Assembly: GCA_039096225.1 (NCBI GenBank)
Contig: JBBPEB010000023.1
Coordinates: forward strand, 620,001-684,000
Direction: 5' to 3'
DNA: 64,000 bases
DNA from: Blastocystis sp. Blastoise
Lineage: Eukaryota > Protista > Bigyra: Opalinata
The first letter of the stretch is position 1. The number at the start of each line of letters is the position of its first letter. Under the pieces are notes generated by a model that saw nothing but the letters and a program-made list of their open reading frames with translations, searched no databases and was not told the DNA's origin. This document shows, piece by piece, positions 32,482 to 44,262 of the stretch. The position numbers and the translations under genes are program-made.

Positions 32482-33515
32482 TAGTCATTTTCCAAAAACC
32501 CGTGAAATTTTTTCACGGGTTTTAAACCCGTGAAAAAATTTCACGGGTTTTTATTTTGTTATATATCTCTCATAATATGAGTTGTAAACGATTAAGATGT
32601 TCTTTGTTATAAATTAATATATGGAAATTTCATATTGAAGGAAAAATATTTTGATAAGAATAAGTTTTTTATCAATTCATTTGTTTTTCTTGGTGAACAA
32701 AGAATCTAGATTCTCTGATTTGCATATTTTGACTTCAGGAGCAATAGATAAATATGAAGGTGTGCTATTGATTCTGTTTTTATAATATAAGTTGGATCAT
32801 ATTCAGATGAAGTTGCATATTATTCAATAGTATCAATATTCCCGTGCTATGTATATAGACATCTAGTCAAATATGAAGAAATATAACTAATTAATATATC
32901 TTCAATTATTGTCTTTAGACAATTATTCTTTTATAAAACAATGAAAAGTGTTCCATTCAATATATAATAAGTGTCTTAGATATAAAAAACATGATATAAT
33001 AACTTTTCGTCTATTATTTTTAATAGGATAAAATGTTCTCACAAATTGTTTTATTATTAGTAATTCTTCAATATATTATATATATAATAAACATTTAAAA
33101 ACTATGAACCTGTATTTGGCTGGTAAAGCATCAATAATAATTTGTACAAATCTATTTTATACATAGATTTCAACTCTTTTTACTTTCTTATAAGTACAAA
33201 AATAATTAGTTAAATTTTTGTTGTGATAACATGAAGAAACCATTAGTATAAGGGCATGAAATGAGCCCATTTAGTATAAAATTTGATAATTATATTATAG
33301 AAATTATATACATGAGTATAACAACGATTCTAATATATGAACATCAATTCAAATAAATCATATATATAATATTAACAGATTAATATGGTATAAGTATCTT
33401 TCACGGGTTTTGAAACCCGTGAAAGATTTTTGACTGTAATTTTCTAAAACCCGTGAATTTCTTTCACGGGTTTTAAACCCGTGAAAAAATTTCACGGGTT
33501 TTTGGAAAATGACTA
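32482..33515. mobile_element. Non-autonomous TIR DNA transposon (MITE, MULE-like), 1034 bp
   Basis: ~70-bp TIRs starting TAGTCATTTTCCAAAAACCCGTGAAATTTTTTCACGGG, about 3 mismatches between ends. 10-bp TSD-like flanks TAAAGAACTC (32472-32481) and TTAAGAACTC (33516-33525). No long ORF inside. Confidence 0.85.
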
Positions 33516-34550
33516 TTAAGAACTCCATTTTTTTCTATGAGACTTTAATGTTTTTGCTTATTATCAAAGGGATATCAACATATAATAATTCAAACGAATT
33601 TAAGAATGGAGCTGTATAAATTATAAATAAGTAGAGTTATATGAAAATGATTTTGAATATAGCTTGGGTGTTCTTCCATTAATAATGGGTTATGAAAAAT
33701 AGAATATAGAATGATTTATTTGTTAATATGTTGTAAGAGTGAAAACTATTTAGATTAGTCTACGTTTCAAGCTCATTTAGTGATGATGATCACTTTTATA
33801 TACACATAAGTTACTCGAATTAAACTAAACAAGAAAGAATCAATATATGAGAAATAAAAAACATATTGAAAAGCGATTATTTTTTTAAATATTTAATAAA
33901 AAGAAGCAATTGGAAACGAGAAAAAGGAGAATCTTAATTCAAGATCTTGGTGAATCATAGAGCATAATAATATGCATATCAGAAAAGAATTTATATTTCA
34001 ATATACATATATATTTAAAGTAAAAAAGAATAAAAACAAAAATAAAAACAAAACAAAGATAAGCAAAGAATATGAACAACCCCAAGATTTAAGATACTCA
34101 AAAAGAAGTTGAGAAATTAATAAATATATTTTATATATAATATATTTAAAAAATACACTAATATAGATAGTTAAATATCAACATTAATAACATTTTTAAA
34201 TGAACAAAATAAATAAAATTAAAACTAAAAATAAAAAGAAAATATGGCAAAAAAATACTATTACAAATAAATAACAAATCAAAATAATTTTGGACCCCAG
34301 TACAGCAAAGAGAGAAGAAATAAAGAAAAATTATTCATTCTTTTAAAACGATTATATCTTTTTTGTATATATATTTATAATAAAAAGAAAATAAAGAATA
34401 AAGAATAAAGAAAACAATACATCACAATATATATATATAAACCAGAATAGTAACTAATAACAAAGAAAAAATGATTAAACCAAATAATTGAACTAGAGAA
34501 TAGAAGAAACAGATAGACATTGATGATATAGCAAGAGAATGAAAAGAAAG

Positions 34551-34588
<38 letters not shown>

Positions 34589-34849
34589 AATAGAATGATA
34601 AGAATATATCGTAAATAAAATACTTCTTGTATCGAATAAGAAATATATATATATATATATCTTCTACATTTGAACATGAAAAGTATTTCCAATATATATA
34701 TATATATATATATAGAATCATGAATTAAGACTTGGAATATTGTTTATAAATATAGATATATTTAGTAATAAATACATATATATATAATATAATACTGTAT
34801 TATACAATATAAGATAAATGCATATAAAAGAAGAGAACGACAAAAGATC

Positions 34850-37800
34850 TCAACTATTATTAGAAGCGAGAGAAGAGAAAAGCTCGTGATTGCGCACGTG
34901 CAGCCCTCCATCTCGTAGCAGACAATCTTCGCATAATTTATAGTTTTTGCATAATTGACAGCAGTATTTCTTTTCATATAAAGTGCATTCACATCCATCA
35001 CATAATTCTAAGAAGCTATCCTTTGGGTGTTCTTTAATAAACTTTAATAGCATTGATGTAGAGAGAAGTGCATGACGCAAGGTATCGAATTGAAAGAAGT
35101 TTCCCTGACAGAAATGGAGGAAGTCCTGACGTTTATCGAGGTATTTGCAGGAAATAACAGGATTTTCATCGACACAGTTATTCAGAGAAGAGACACGAAG
35201 TAGAGCGAGAGGATGTGCATGATTATGAGGAACATTCTAGAAAGAAAGAAAGAAGATAATATAGAGTATATTATTATTATATAAATAAAATTATTATTAT
35301 ATAAATAATATATAACATATAATAATAAATAATATATATATATACTAGTTTAGCACAAGTAGTGCATAAGAAGAAAGGTCTTTCTGAATCTTTACATTGT
35401 TCACATTGATAGCATTGTTCATTTTCAATAACATCTCCACAATAAGAGCAATAAGGATGCATATATACTACAAGAAATCGGCCAGGATTCTCTAGCATGG
35501 ATTTACAGAATCGACGAATCAGTTCACTTGGTAACTTGGTTATCGATTCATTCCATTCATACTCTTTCTGTTCCATCTTAGACTTACCCATCGACTTTAT
35601 AGGATTCTTCTTACAATAATCCTATATAGAGATTATATATATAAATAATATAAATAATATAAATAATATATAAATAATATATAAATAATATAAATAATAT
35701 ATAAATAATATAAATAATATAAATAATATAAATATTATAAATAATATAAATAATATAAATAATATAAATAATATAAATAATATAAATAATATAAACAATA
35801 TAAACAATATAAATAATATAAAAAATATAAAAAATATAATTAAAAAAAAAAACCATTTATTATAATAATTATAATAATAAATAAATAAATACGAATTTTC
35901 CTTTAGCTTCATCTTCATATATTTCTTGGAGAAGTGAGTCACCCATATAAGGCCAGAAGTCACCTTCAAAATAAGGAATTAATTTCATTAATCTTCTTTC
36001 TTTAGGTGATAAATATCCTTTAGGAAGAGAGGACGCAAGAGGTGTATTATGTTCTTGGAAATGACTAAGAGGAAGAAGAGAAGAAGAAGTATTAAGAGGA
36101 TTAGGAGTAGGAGTAGAAAGAGAATTAGAAGAAAGAGTATCAAAGAAATCATTAGGGGCTGAACTGATGGGTGAAGTAGAGTTAGTAGTACTAACACTAC
36201 TAGTATCATCATATTGTAAGGAGGTATTCGTTGTAGCAGTAGTAGTAGAAGAAGGAGAAGCATTAGCAACTAATGTAGAATATAAAGTAGAGGAATGATG
36301 AGGAGATATAAGAGAAGTAGAATCGGTTAATTCACAATTATTTGGATTTTCTATTTCTATTTCTGAATATTCACTATGTATGGATCCATTACGTTTTAAT
36401 AGAGAAGATGGAAGGACAGAGGATGCGTCATTATTTGTAGATGGATCTTCTTCTAAACTAAAGACAGGAGCAGAAGGAATATTCATAATATCTGTATTCC
36501 CATCACCATAAGAATTAGCTTCAATAAGACAATCTAATTGACATTTCACATAAAGTATACATTTTGTATCTTTTCCATCAGCTAACATTTTACGATACCA
36601 TTCAATAAGACGACTTGCATTCGGAGTCCTCTGATCACGAGGATGATGACTAAATATATAATCATCCCCGCGGGAAGGAGGACATGCCCAAATATGTGTA
36701 CGTGTATATCCTTGTTGTTTAGCATAGACTAAATATCCTTGTATAATTTCATGATATAAAGAGGTACGTAAGAATCGAGGTGTCATATAATGAACACTAT
36801 CTAAGTATGAAATATATATAGTACGTTGATTTGAAATAGGTATAGAGGAATCACATCCAAATTCATAAACATAAAGTAAGAATAAAATAATATCTAATCC
36901 ATTCTTACGTTGAAATAAAGCTATACATTTGGATGTATAAGGGATTTCAAGAGAAGTATGTAGAGATCCTGTATATAGAGGAGCAAGACATTCTTTGACT
37001 TTACATGTAGTCTTTATATTAGACAGCATCTTGATGACTAATGTATCTTGAATTGCTTTAATATCTTTCTGATAAGACTCGATAACAGCAGGATTGGATA
37101 TATCTATATGATGTATTTCTTGTTGATTCTTTAAATATTCCGTAGCTACTCTATCATCAATACGTTGCTTTAAGAACAAAGTAATGGGAGCATCAGGAAG
37201 AATAGAAGATCCTTCCCAAGGATATATTTCACGATTGGGTATTTTCATAATACAAATAGGACATATATAATGTTGAGGATTTTGTCGAGGATGAACAAGA
37301 CCGCAAGTAGAATGCATATAATCATGGCAAATACTACATTGTATCCAAGATTCAGGAATACTAGCATCATTCTTCTTCTTTATAAGTAGATGCTTCCTCT
37401 CTTCTTTACTACACCCACTTAACATCTTATTCGAGCATTTAGAACACCATTTCCCCGACATTCCTCTTATTAAGTAATAAGTAGCATTTCGAAGGATCTT
37501 TTGATGACAAGGACCATCGCATACAATCACTAATGGACTATACTTCAAGCATTTCTCTTGACATAACTTACAAGGGTAACCACGACAAGATGTACAGTAA
37601 TGATTATCATGCTGAATAAACATCTGCTCCATCTTGGTATGTAACTATATAAAAATAGAATAGACTGTATGATGTATATTATTTATATGTATATTATTTA
37701 TATGTATATTATTTATATGTATATTATTTATATGTATATTATTTATATGTATATTATTTATATGTATATTATTTATTATAAATATTATTTATATGTATAT

Positions 37801-38684
37801 GATTTATTATGTATATTATTTATATGTATATTATTTATATGTATATGATTTATTATGTATATTATTTATTATAAATAAAAAAAAATTATAATAAAAAAAA
37901 ACAATAATAATATAATAAAATAAAAATAAAAAACAATATAATAAATAATAAAATAATAATAAAAACATACTTTTTCTAGTTCAGAATGATAAAATCGTAA
38001 TAATTTAACTGCAGCAATATGTACAGAATTTTCTTTAGGATTAAAAAGCATAGCGTTTTTAAAGACAAGTTCGATATCACTTTCTATTTCAAAACTATTT
38101 GAGTAAAATCCAGAAGCTAATTTATCACGGATAGTACCTAAATCCATAGGATGTTTGACAATTGTAAAATATGTAGGAAGATTATATCGAACAGGATCAA
38201 CAGGCTTGTTAAAAATGTCTCTGTTATCTTTATTTTGAATAAGGCTTTGTATTAAAGGACCATACATTGTTTGTAAAGGACGAAGTTTCAAAAATGCTAA
38301 ATAAGATTCAATATCTTCATTTTTCAAATGACTTAAAATAGAATTATTCGATCCATTTGAAGTTTCTGAAAAATGGATATTGTATTGAACAGGATATTCA
38401 ATAAAATCTCCAATGGAAGGTGGATAAGGAATAAAAGAAGAGGTAGGAAGACTTATTGATTGTTTCCTTTTCTTTGATGTATTCGAATCAGACTTACTTC
38501 TTTTCAAAGAACCATTGGAATCTTGATTGCATTCGTTTGTTGTTCCACAAACAAATTGTATTAGTCTCTGAGCAATGCCACATCCAGGAACAGAGCATTT
38601 ACCAAGCTGTTTAGTGCAGGTCAACGAATGTTGGAACAACCATTCACCCGATGACTCAGCTGGTATTATGTTCACTTGAGACAT
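34850..38684 (-). CDS. CBP/p300-type (KAT11) histone acetyltransferase: partial TAZ-like finger, bromodomain, PHD, HAT and ZZ fingers
   Basis: Bromodomain FNKPVDP..YFTIVKHPMDLGTI..NAMLFN; HAT motifs IYISYLDSVHY, HIWACPPSRGDDYIF, IPYFEGDFWP and QFDTLRHA; two ZZ-like Cys clusters. Confidence 0.92.
37674..37870. repeat. Intronic ~15-bp minisatellite (GTATATTATTTATAT)n in the HAT gene
   Basis: Tandem copies visible directly. Confidence 0.85.
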
Positions 38685-39335
38685 TCTAATTGATAGTATA
38701 TTTCTTTTATATTTGATTGAGAATATACCACTTGGAAATCACACTTGTTTAGAATTATTGTTTCTAGAATAAAGTAGAGAAAAATAAAAAGCTCTTCAAC
38801 AAAATAAACAGTTCTCCAATAACAACTGCATTTCCAACGAAAAAAAAAATTCTTACCACACGTTTCACCCGTAATGTCCACGTTAGAATTCAGTCTTTTA
38901 TACGTTTTGCTTTTTACTGTTAAAAACTTTGTATTCATTTTATTAAAAACCGAGCCATATTCTGTCGAGATGATCCGTATTTTGAATTCCGAAAACAACG
39001 AATTCAAAAAAGGCGGGTCAAGCCGGGATGAATAATGATTATTTTTAAATTTTGTCAAAGTGAAAAGAATAATATTCAGCCTATTCTTTACCTCCAAAAA
39101 TAAAAAGCGAGGTATCAAGAAAAAGAACTGGAAGTTGTAAAAAGAATTCTGAAATTCTTTAAGAAGAAAATCTTCATATTTGAGTATATGAAGAAAAAAT
39201 ATCAAAGAAGAATAGAGAGCAAGCAGAAGAAAGAAAGAAAAAAAAAGTATAATATTTATAGAAAACGAAATCTATTTTTTTATTTGAGAATTCTCGACAT
39301 GGTACAATAAAAATATAGTCTTTTACTTATCAGAA

Positions 39336-40252
39336 TTACTTGTTAATAACGTATTTCATTTTCCAATTTGATTTTTTACGTGCTGCTTCTGCATGCTCCG
39401 TACAATAAGCACAAATAATATCTGGATGACCTGGCGTAGTAGATGGTTTATACTCTAATAATACCTAAAATCAATTAATATTATAAACATATCCATATTA
39501 TCATTATAAAAAAGAATCCAAACTATAAATGAATACTTTTTTACTAATACCACATGTTACATGAAACTTTGCAGTACATTTTGGTTCACTACACTCAATA
39601 CAACATCCTTCAACTTTATTACAATAAATACACTTCTATAATATTAAATATAAATATAATTCTTTTTAACATATATATTTAAAAATACATAATTCCATCT
39701 TCTTTCTGCTATTTTGAAAATATCAATCATATCTCTTGAATCTGGATCCAAGAAAAAGACTATCAAATATATTATAAAGATCAACTAATAAATTTAGTTA
39801 TATATAAATATAGTATAAAGATCAACTAATAAATTCACTTATATATAATACCTTCAGGAATCCAAAGTGCACAAGATATATGAGCCCACTAAAAAAAATA
39901 TATATATATTGATATATAACAATATATAATATCGTTTTTTTAATAATAATATATTGAATAAATAAAATAAAATAGTTGTTTATTGAATAGTGTAACATAT
40001 ATATATATATACTCTTCCATCTGTAGTTCGTTTCATTGCACCACCTTTATTTGGACATAAGATACATTTAGCATCTCTAGCATTATGTTTACAATTCTCA
40101 CAATACCATTCATCATGAGGAATTCCATATATTAGTGGAGCTCCATAGCATTGAACATGTGTACCCATATCGCAACCATCACAAAATACAATTGGATCTC
40201 CCTCTGTCCATTCACCATCGTCACAAACACAGCAATTAGTATATTCTTCCAT
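39336..40252 (-). CDS. Stand-alone PZP (PHD-Zn knuckle-ePHD) protein, JADE/BRPF/AF10-like
   Basis: CCVCDDGE..IVFCDGCDMGTHVQCYG..WYCENC, CILCPNKGGAMKRT, WAHISCALWIPEV, CIYC..GCCIEC..FHVTC, YCTEH. Confidence 0.88.
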
Positions 40253-41279
40253 TATATATATCGATAAGCAGTAGTTTCCTGACAGTAAAATATTAATAGT
40301 AATTGCTTCAAATATAAAATAAGAAGGATGAACCACAAAAAGAAAATGAACAAGTTGGTGTTTTTGCTTTTTCTATACAAATAAGTTCTTCATTTACCTT
40401 CTTTATAAGTCTTAATTTATTAATTATTAGAAACATAGAGAATATTTATACCATGAAAAACCCAAAAATTATGATTTTTCAGAGATGTCATTATCACATC
40501 TTCTATGTTTTTATCATGATATATGTTTTAATTTATTTATAATTTTTTATATCTTATAGATATATTTAAAATATAATAAAAAGAAACGAAAATGATTTCA
40601 AAGTAGATAATCACATTGTAAATAATAAAGTTACTACAAAAAATATACTTTAGAATTGACTGACTCTTAAGATAACTGTATAATAGATGTTTATCTTGGA
40701 ATCAATTCAAAAAATAGTAATACGAAAAGCGATAATCATAAAATATTATAGAATTTAATATACAGTAAGCTTAGACATATACAAAAACCTATTTTATAAT
40801 AATAAAAACAGACATTTCTAATTCATATACATAAAAGTGAAACAAAAAATAAATTTCTTATAATTTTTTCATTTTTATTTTTAGAAATGTTTGTTTTTAT
40901 TTCATTTTTATTATTTTATCGAATTTATACATTTTAAGGGACTATGATTATTGCTATACGTTGTAGATATATATATATAATATCTTTTGTGTATTTTAAG
41001 ACATACACTTTTGTCTTTTGACTGAAGCAAATAAATATATATATGAACATAAACAATTTAGCATATTTAATAAACTTTAGAATGATATTTTAATGAGTAT
41101 ATGCTAATTGTCGATAGTCACTCAGAACATGATTATTCACCTAACCTCATATTTTCTTTTAAGTAATGAAGATCTTTGCTTAGCATCAAATACAAGTTGA
41201 TTTATCTTGTAAATCATTCTTTAAGTGTTTTCATAATAAATAATATTATTTCTAAAAAGAGACTGTCTTTTCAAGAAAT

Positions 41280-41287
41280 CCCGTGAA
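41280..41287 (+). promoter_or_regulatory. Candidate upstream promoter motif CCGTGA (also at 9237, 27853 and 14393 on the minus strand)
   Basis: Same motif in sense orientation, 120-145 bp upstream of the ATG of four genes. Confidence 0.45.
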
Positions 41288-41399
41288 TTTATTAGTTTTT
41301 TCTGGTTGTTGGTTTTTTTTTGTGAATAATTTCTTTGTAGATTTCTCTATTCTTTTTGTTGAAAAAGAAATTTTATATTGATTAAACTGCTAGAACAAG

Positions 41400-42193
41400 A
41401 TGACTAAAACGAAAAAAACAAAGAAGTTTGCTCTTCATAAGAGAATGATCAGTCCAAAAGATATGAGACTGAAGGAAAATCAAGAAAAACAACAAAAGAA
41501 ATTAAAAGAAGCTGAGGCTCTTGCTGTGAGACATGTAGAGCAAACTCCATCCAATTTGTTCTTTAAATATAATACATCTCTTGGACCACCATTCCGTGTT
41601 ATTATCGATACTAACTTTATTAACTTTTCTATTCAAAACAAAATTGATATCATTCAAGGAATGATGGACTGTTTACTTGCTAAATGTATTCCTTATGTCA
41701 CAGATTGTGTAATGGCTGAATTAGAGAAGTTTGGTACTAAATATCGTGTAGCTCTTCGTCTCGCAAAAGATCCTCGTATTGAACGTCTCCCTTGTAGTCA
41801 TAAGGGAACATATGCTGATGACTGTATTGTGAATAGAGTTAGAGTCGTATGTATTTTTTGATTGATTTATTAAGATATTATTGATTTATTAAGATATTAT
41901 TTTTTATTAAGATATTATTGATTTTTAAGATATTATTGATTTTTAAGATATTATTTATTGTATATATTATATTATTAAAGATTATAATTATTAATTTCTC
42001 TCTCTATATATGTTTATATTCTATATTTCCATATATATTTCCATTTTTTTAGAATCGTTGTTATATTGTAGCCACTTGCGATAAAGATTTAAAACGTAGA
42101 ATTCGAAAGATTCCAGGTGTTCCTCTTATGTTTATATCGAATCATAGATATACTATTGAAAGAATGCCTGAAGCTTTTGGAGCACCTCGTTAA
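41400..42193 (+). CDS. FCF1: rRNA-processing PIN nuclease FCF1/UTP24
   Basis: [29 protein letters not shown]; exon 2 [21 protein letters not shown]. Confidence 0.97.
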
Positions 42194-42575
42194 GCTATAT
42201 ATATATATATATATATATTCTAAATTTTCAAATTTGTTTTTTCTTTTTTATGTTAGTATTTGTGATTCTTTTGGTGTTTAATTTGAGTTGTTTTTTATTA
42301 TTATTATTGTTCCATTCATTTAGTATATATATTTAATTAATTATTTCTATATATATATAAAATAAAAACTTTCATCAAATTCATTTTATTCATAGTTATT
42401 CAATGCTCATCAAATATATATATCTATATGTAATTAGTATAACATTATGTCATTAAAGGAACAAAAAAAAAAAACAAAAAACAAGAAAATATTTTTTTTA
42501 ACAGGAAAATATAAAAATGAAAAATGAAAAATGATATATTTATATTGAAATCATATCTCTATAAAATACAACTAT

Positions 42576-42776
42576 TTAATCAAGAGCGGACTTTGATTGA
42601 ATGTCCGCATTTTTCTTCAGACGTTTCATACGGTCTTCTCGTTCACGTTGTTGAATGAAATGCTCATAATCCATTCTTTTCTCATCATTTCCATAACGTT
42701 GATATAAAATAAAACCTGCAATAGCAAATGCAGGAGCTGTAATCATTATAGCACGAATCAAATTAGGATTCACCAT
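42576..42776 (-). CDS. Small (66 aa) single-pass membrane protein, hypothetical
   Basis: Intronless ORF with coding-like GC content, one hydrophobic helix (AIMITAPAFAIAGFILYQR) and a charged tail. Confidence 0.7.
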   Translation of the reverse strand: MVNPNLIRAIMITAPAFAIAGFILYQRYGNDEKRMDYEHFIQQREREDRMKRLKKNADIQSKSALD

Positions 42777-42849
42777 ATATACTACGCTTTCAAAGAAGAA
42801 TCATAAAAAGAAATTCTGTTCTTCTTTAGGTTTTTCTATTGTTTTCATT

Positions 42850-44043
42850 ATGTCCAAGTTTTCAAAAACAATAAAGATTGTTGCTCTAGCTACAACAACA
42901 GCAGCTGGGATTGGATCTATATGTATTTTTGTACTTTTTTCTATAGATCTCGAATCATGTAGATTATTCTGATGCTATGCTTCATCAATATCTCAATAAT
43001 AAATCAGTAACACTTATTCATGATGGCATACTTGGTGAAAATGAAAATGAAGAAGTTAAAAGTATATATTCATCTTATAATTATAAATATCTTCATTTTT
43101 AATAATAACAAATTTGTTTACTTAACAGAAATAACTAGATATATATATAAAGGTTTTGCAAGACATCCTTATTTCAACCAAATTAAAGAGTGTATTAATA
43201 AATCAAAACCAAATACTGCTCTATTTTATGGAGATGGTACTTGTGGTGTTTATACATGTATTCGACAAGTTACTAAGGAACAAAAATTACCACTTATCAC
43301 CATAGATAATCGTACAACTGTAAGTTATTCTTATTTTATAAAGTTTTTATATAATTAAAATATATATCTTTATATAATTAAAATATATATCTTTATATAA
43401 TTAAAATATATATCTTTATTAATTAAAATATATATCTTTATATAATTAAAATATATATCTTTATATAATTAAAATATATATCTTTATATAATTAAAATAT
43501 ATATATTTATATAATTAAATTATATACGTTTATATATTCTATCAATATATATATAGTTTATAACTCCAGAACAAAACTTTATTCAGTCGATCAGTACAGT
43601 TGCAGGACATGCGAAAGGAACTCTATATCAATCATTATTCTATCTCTCCTATGTGCGTCATCGCATTTCCTCATTGTTCCAAAAGAATTCTACGGACTCC
43701 GACTCCACTATATCTAAGAGTTCATTATCGTATAATGAATATAAACAAAATTATTTGACCTCTTTTTTTATTTCTCTTCCTTTTTCTCGTCTTCTTAATG
43801 ATTTCGATGAAGCATTATCATTTATTAATATTCGAAATCAAATCCTTAGAGATCAGAAACAAACTGAATCTCCCGCCTTTTGTCTTCTTTACCGCGTAAA
43901 TGATCTCCCTCCAACACCCTCTCCACATGATCCTCTTTTCACATATATACAATCCCTCCAAAAGAAATACCGCCATGCATTTTTTGGGATTTCTTGTCGC
44001 TGTGGACCTCTGTTTAATTCTCTATTTCATCCTCTTCTTGAAG

Positions 44044-44074
<31 letters not shown>

Positions 44075-44193
44075 TTTTATTTTATTTTAATCAATATTCT
44101 ATTTTATTTAGTTTAGTAAATATATATATATAATTAATATTCCATTCTTTTCTTGAAAAATATTTTGACTTTTATTTTAATAGAATACATTGT

Positions 44194-44262
<69 letters not shown>

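Noticed and set aside
32497-32552. Repeat array resembling a CRISPR, iteron or telomeric repeat
   Set aside because: No unique spacers, and it is mirrored at 33400-33515, so it is part of a TIR
33526-34849. Long intergenic region as a possible pseudogene or ncRNA
   Set aside because: No convincing ORF, splice pattern or RNA structure by eye; probably the HAT 3' UTR and the displaced PIG-V upstream region
35018-36025. Additional TATCCTT matches as U12 donors (also ~12977 and ~21342)
   Set aside because: They lie antisense to coding exons
38672-39205. 177-aa ORF upstream of the HAT gene
   Set aside because: Non-ATG start, F/L/K-biased composition and no motif; it looks like promoter/5' UTR
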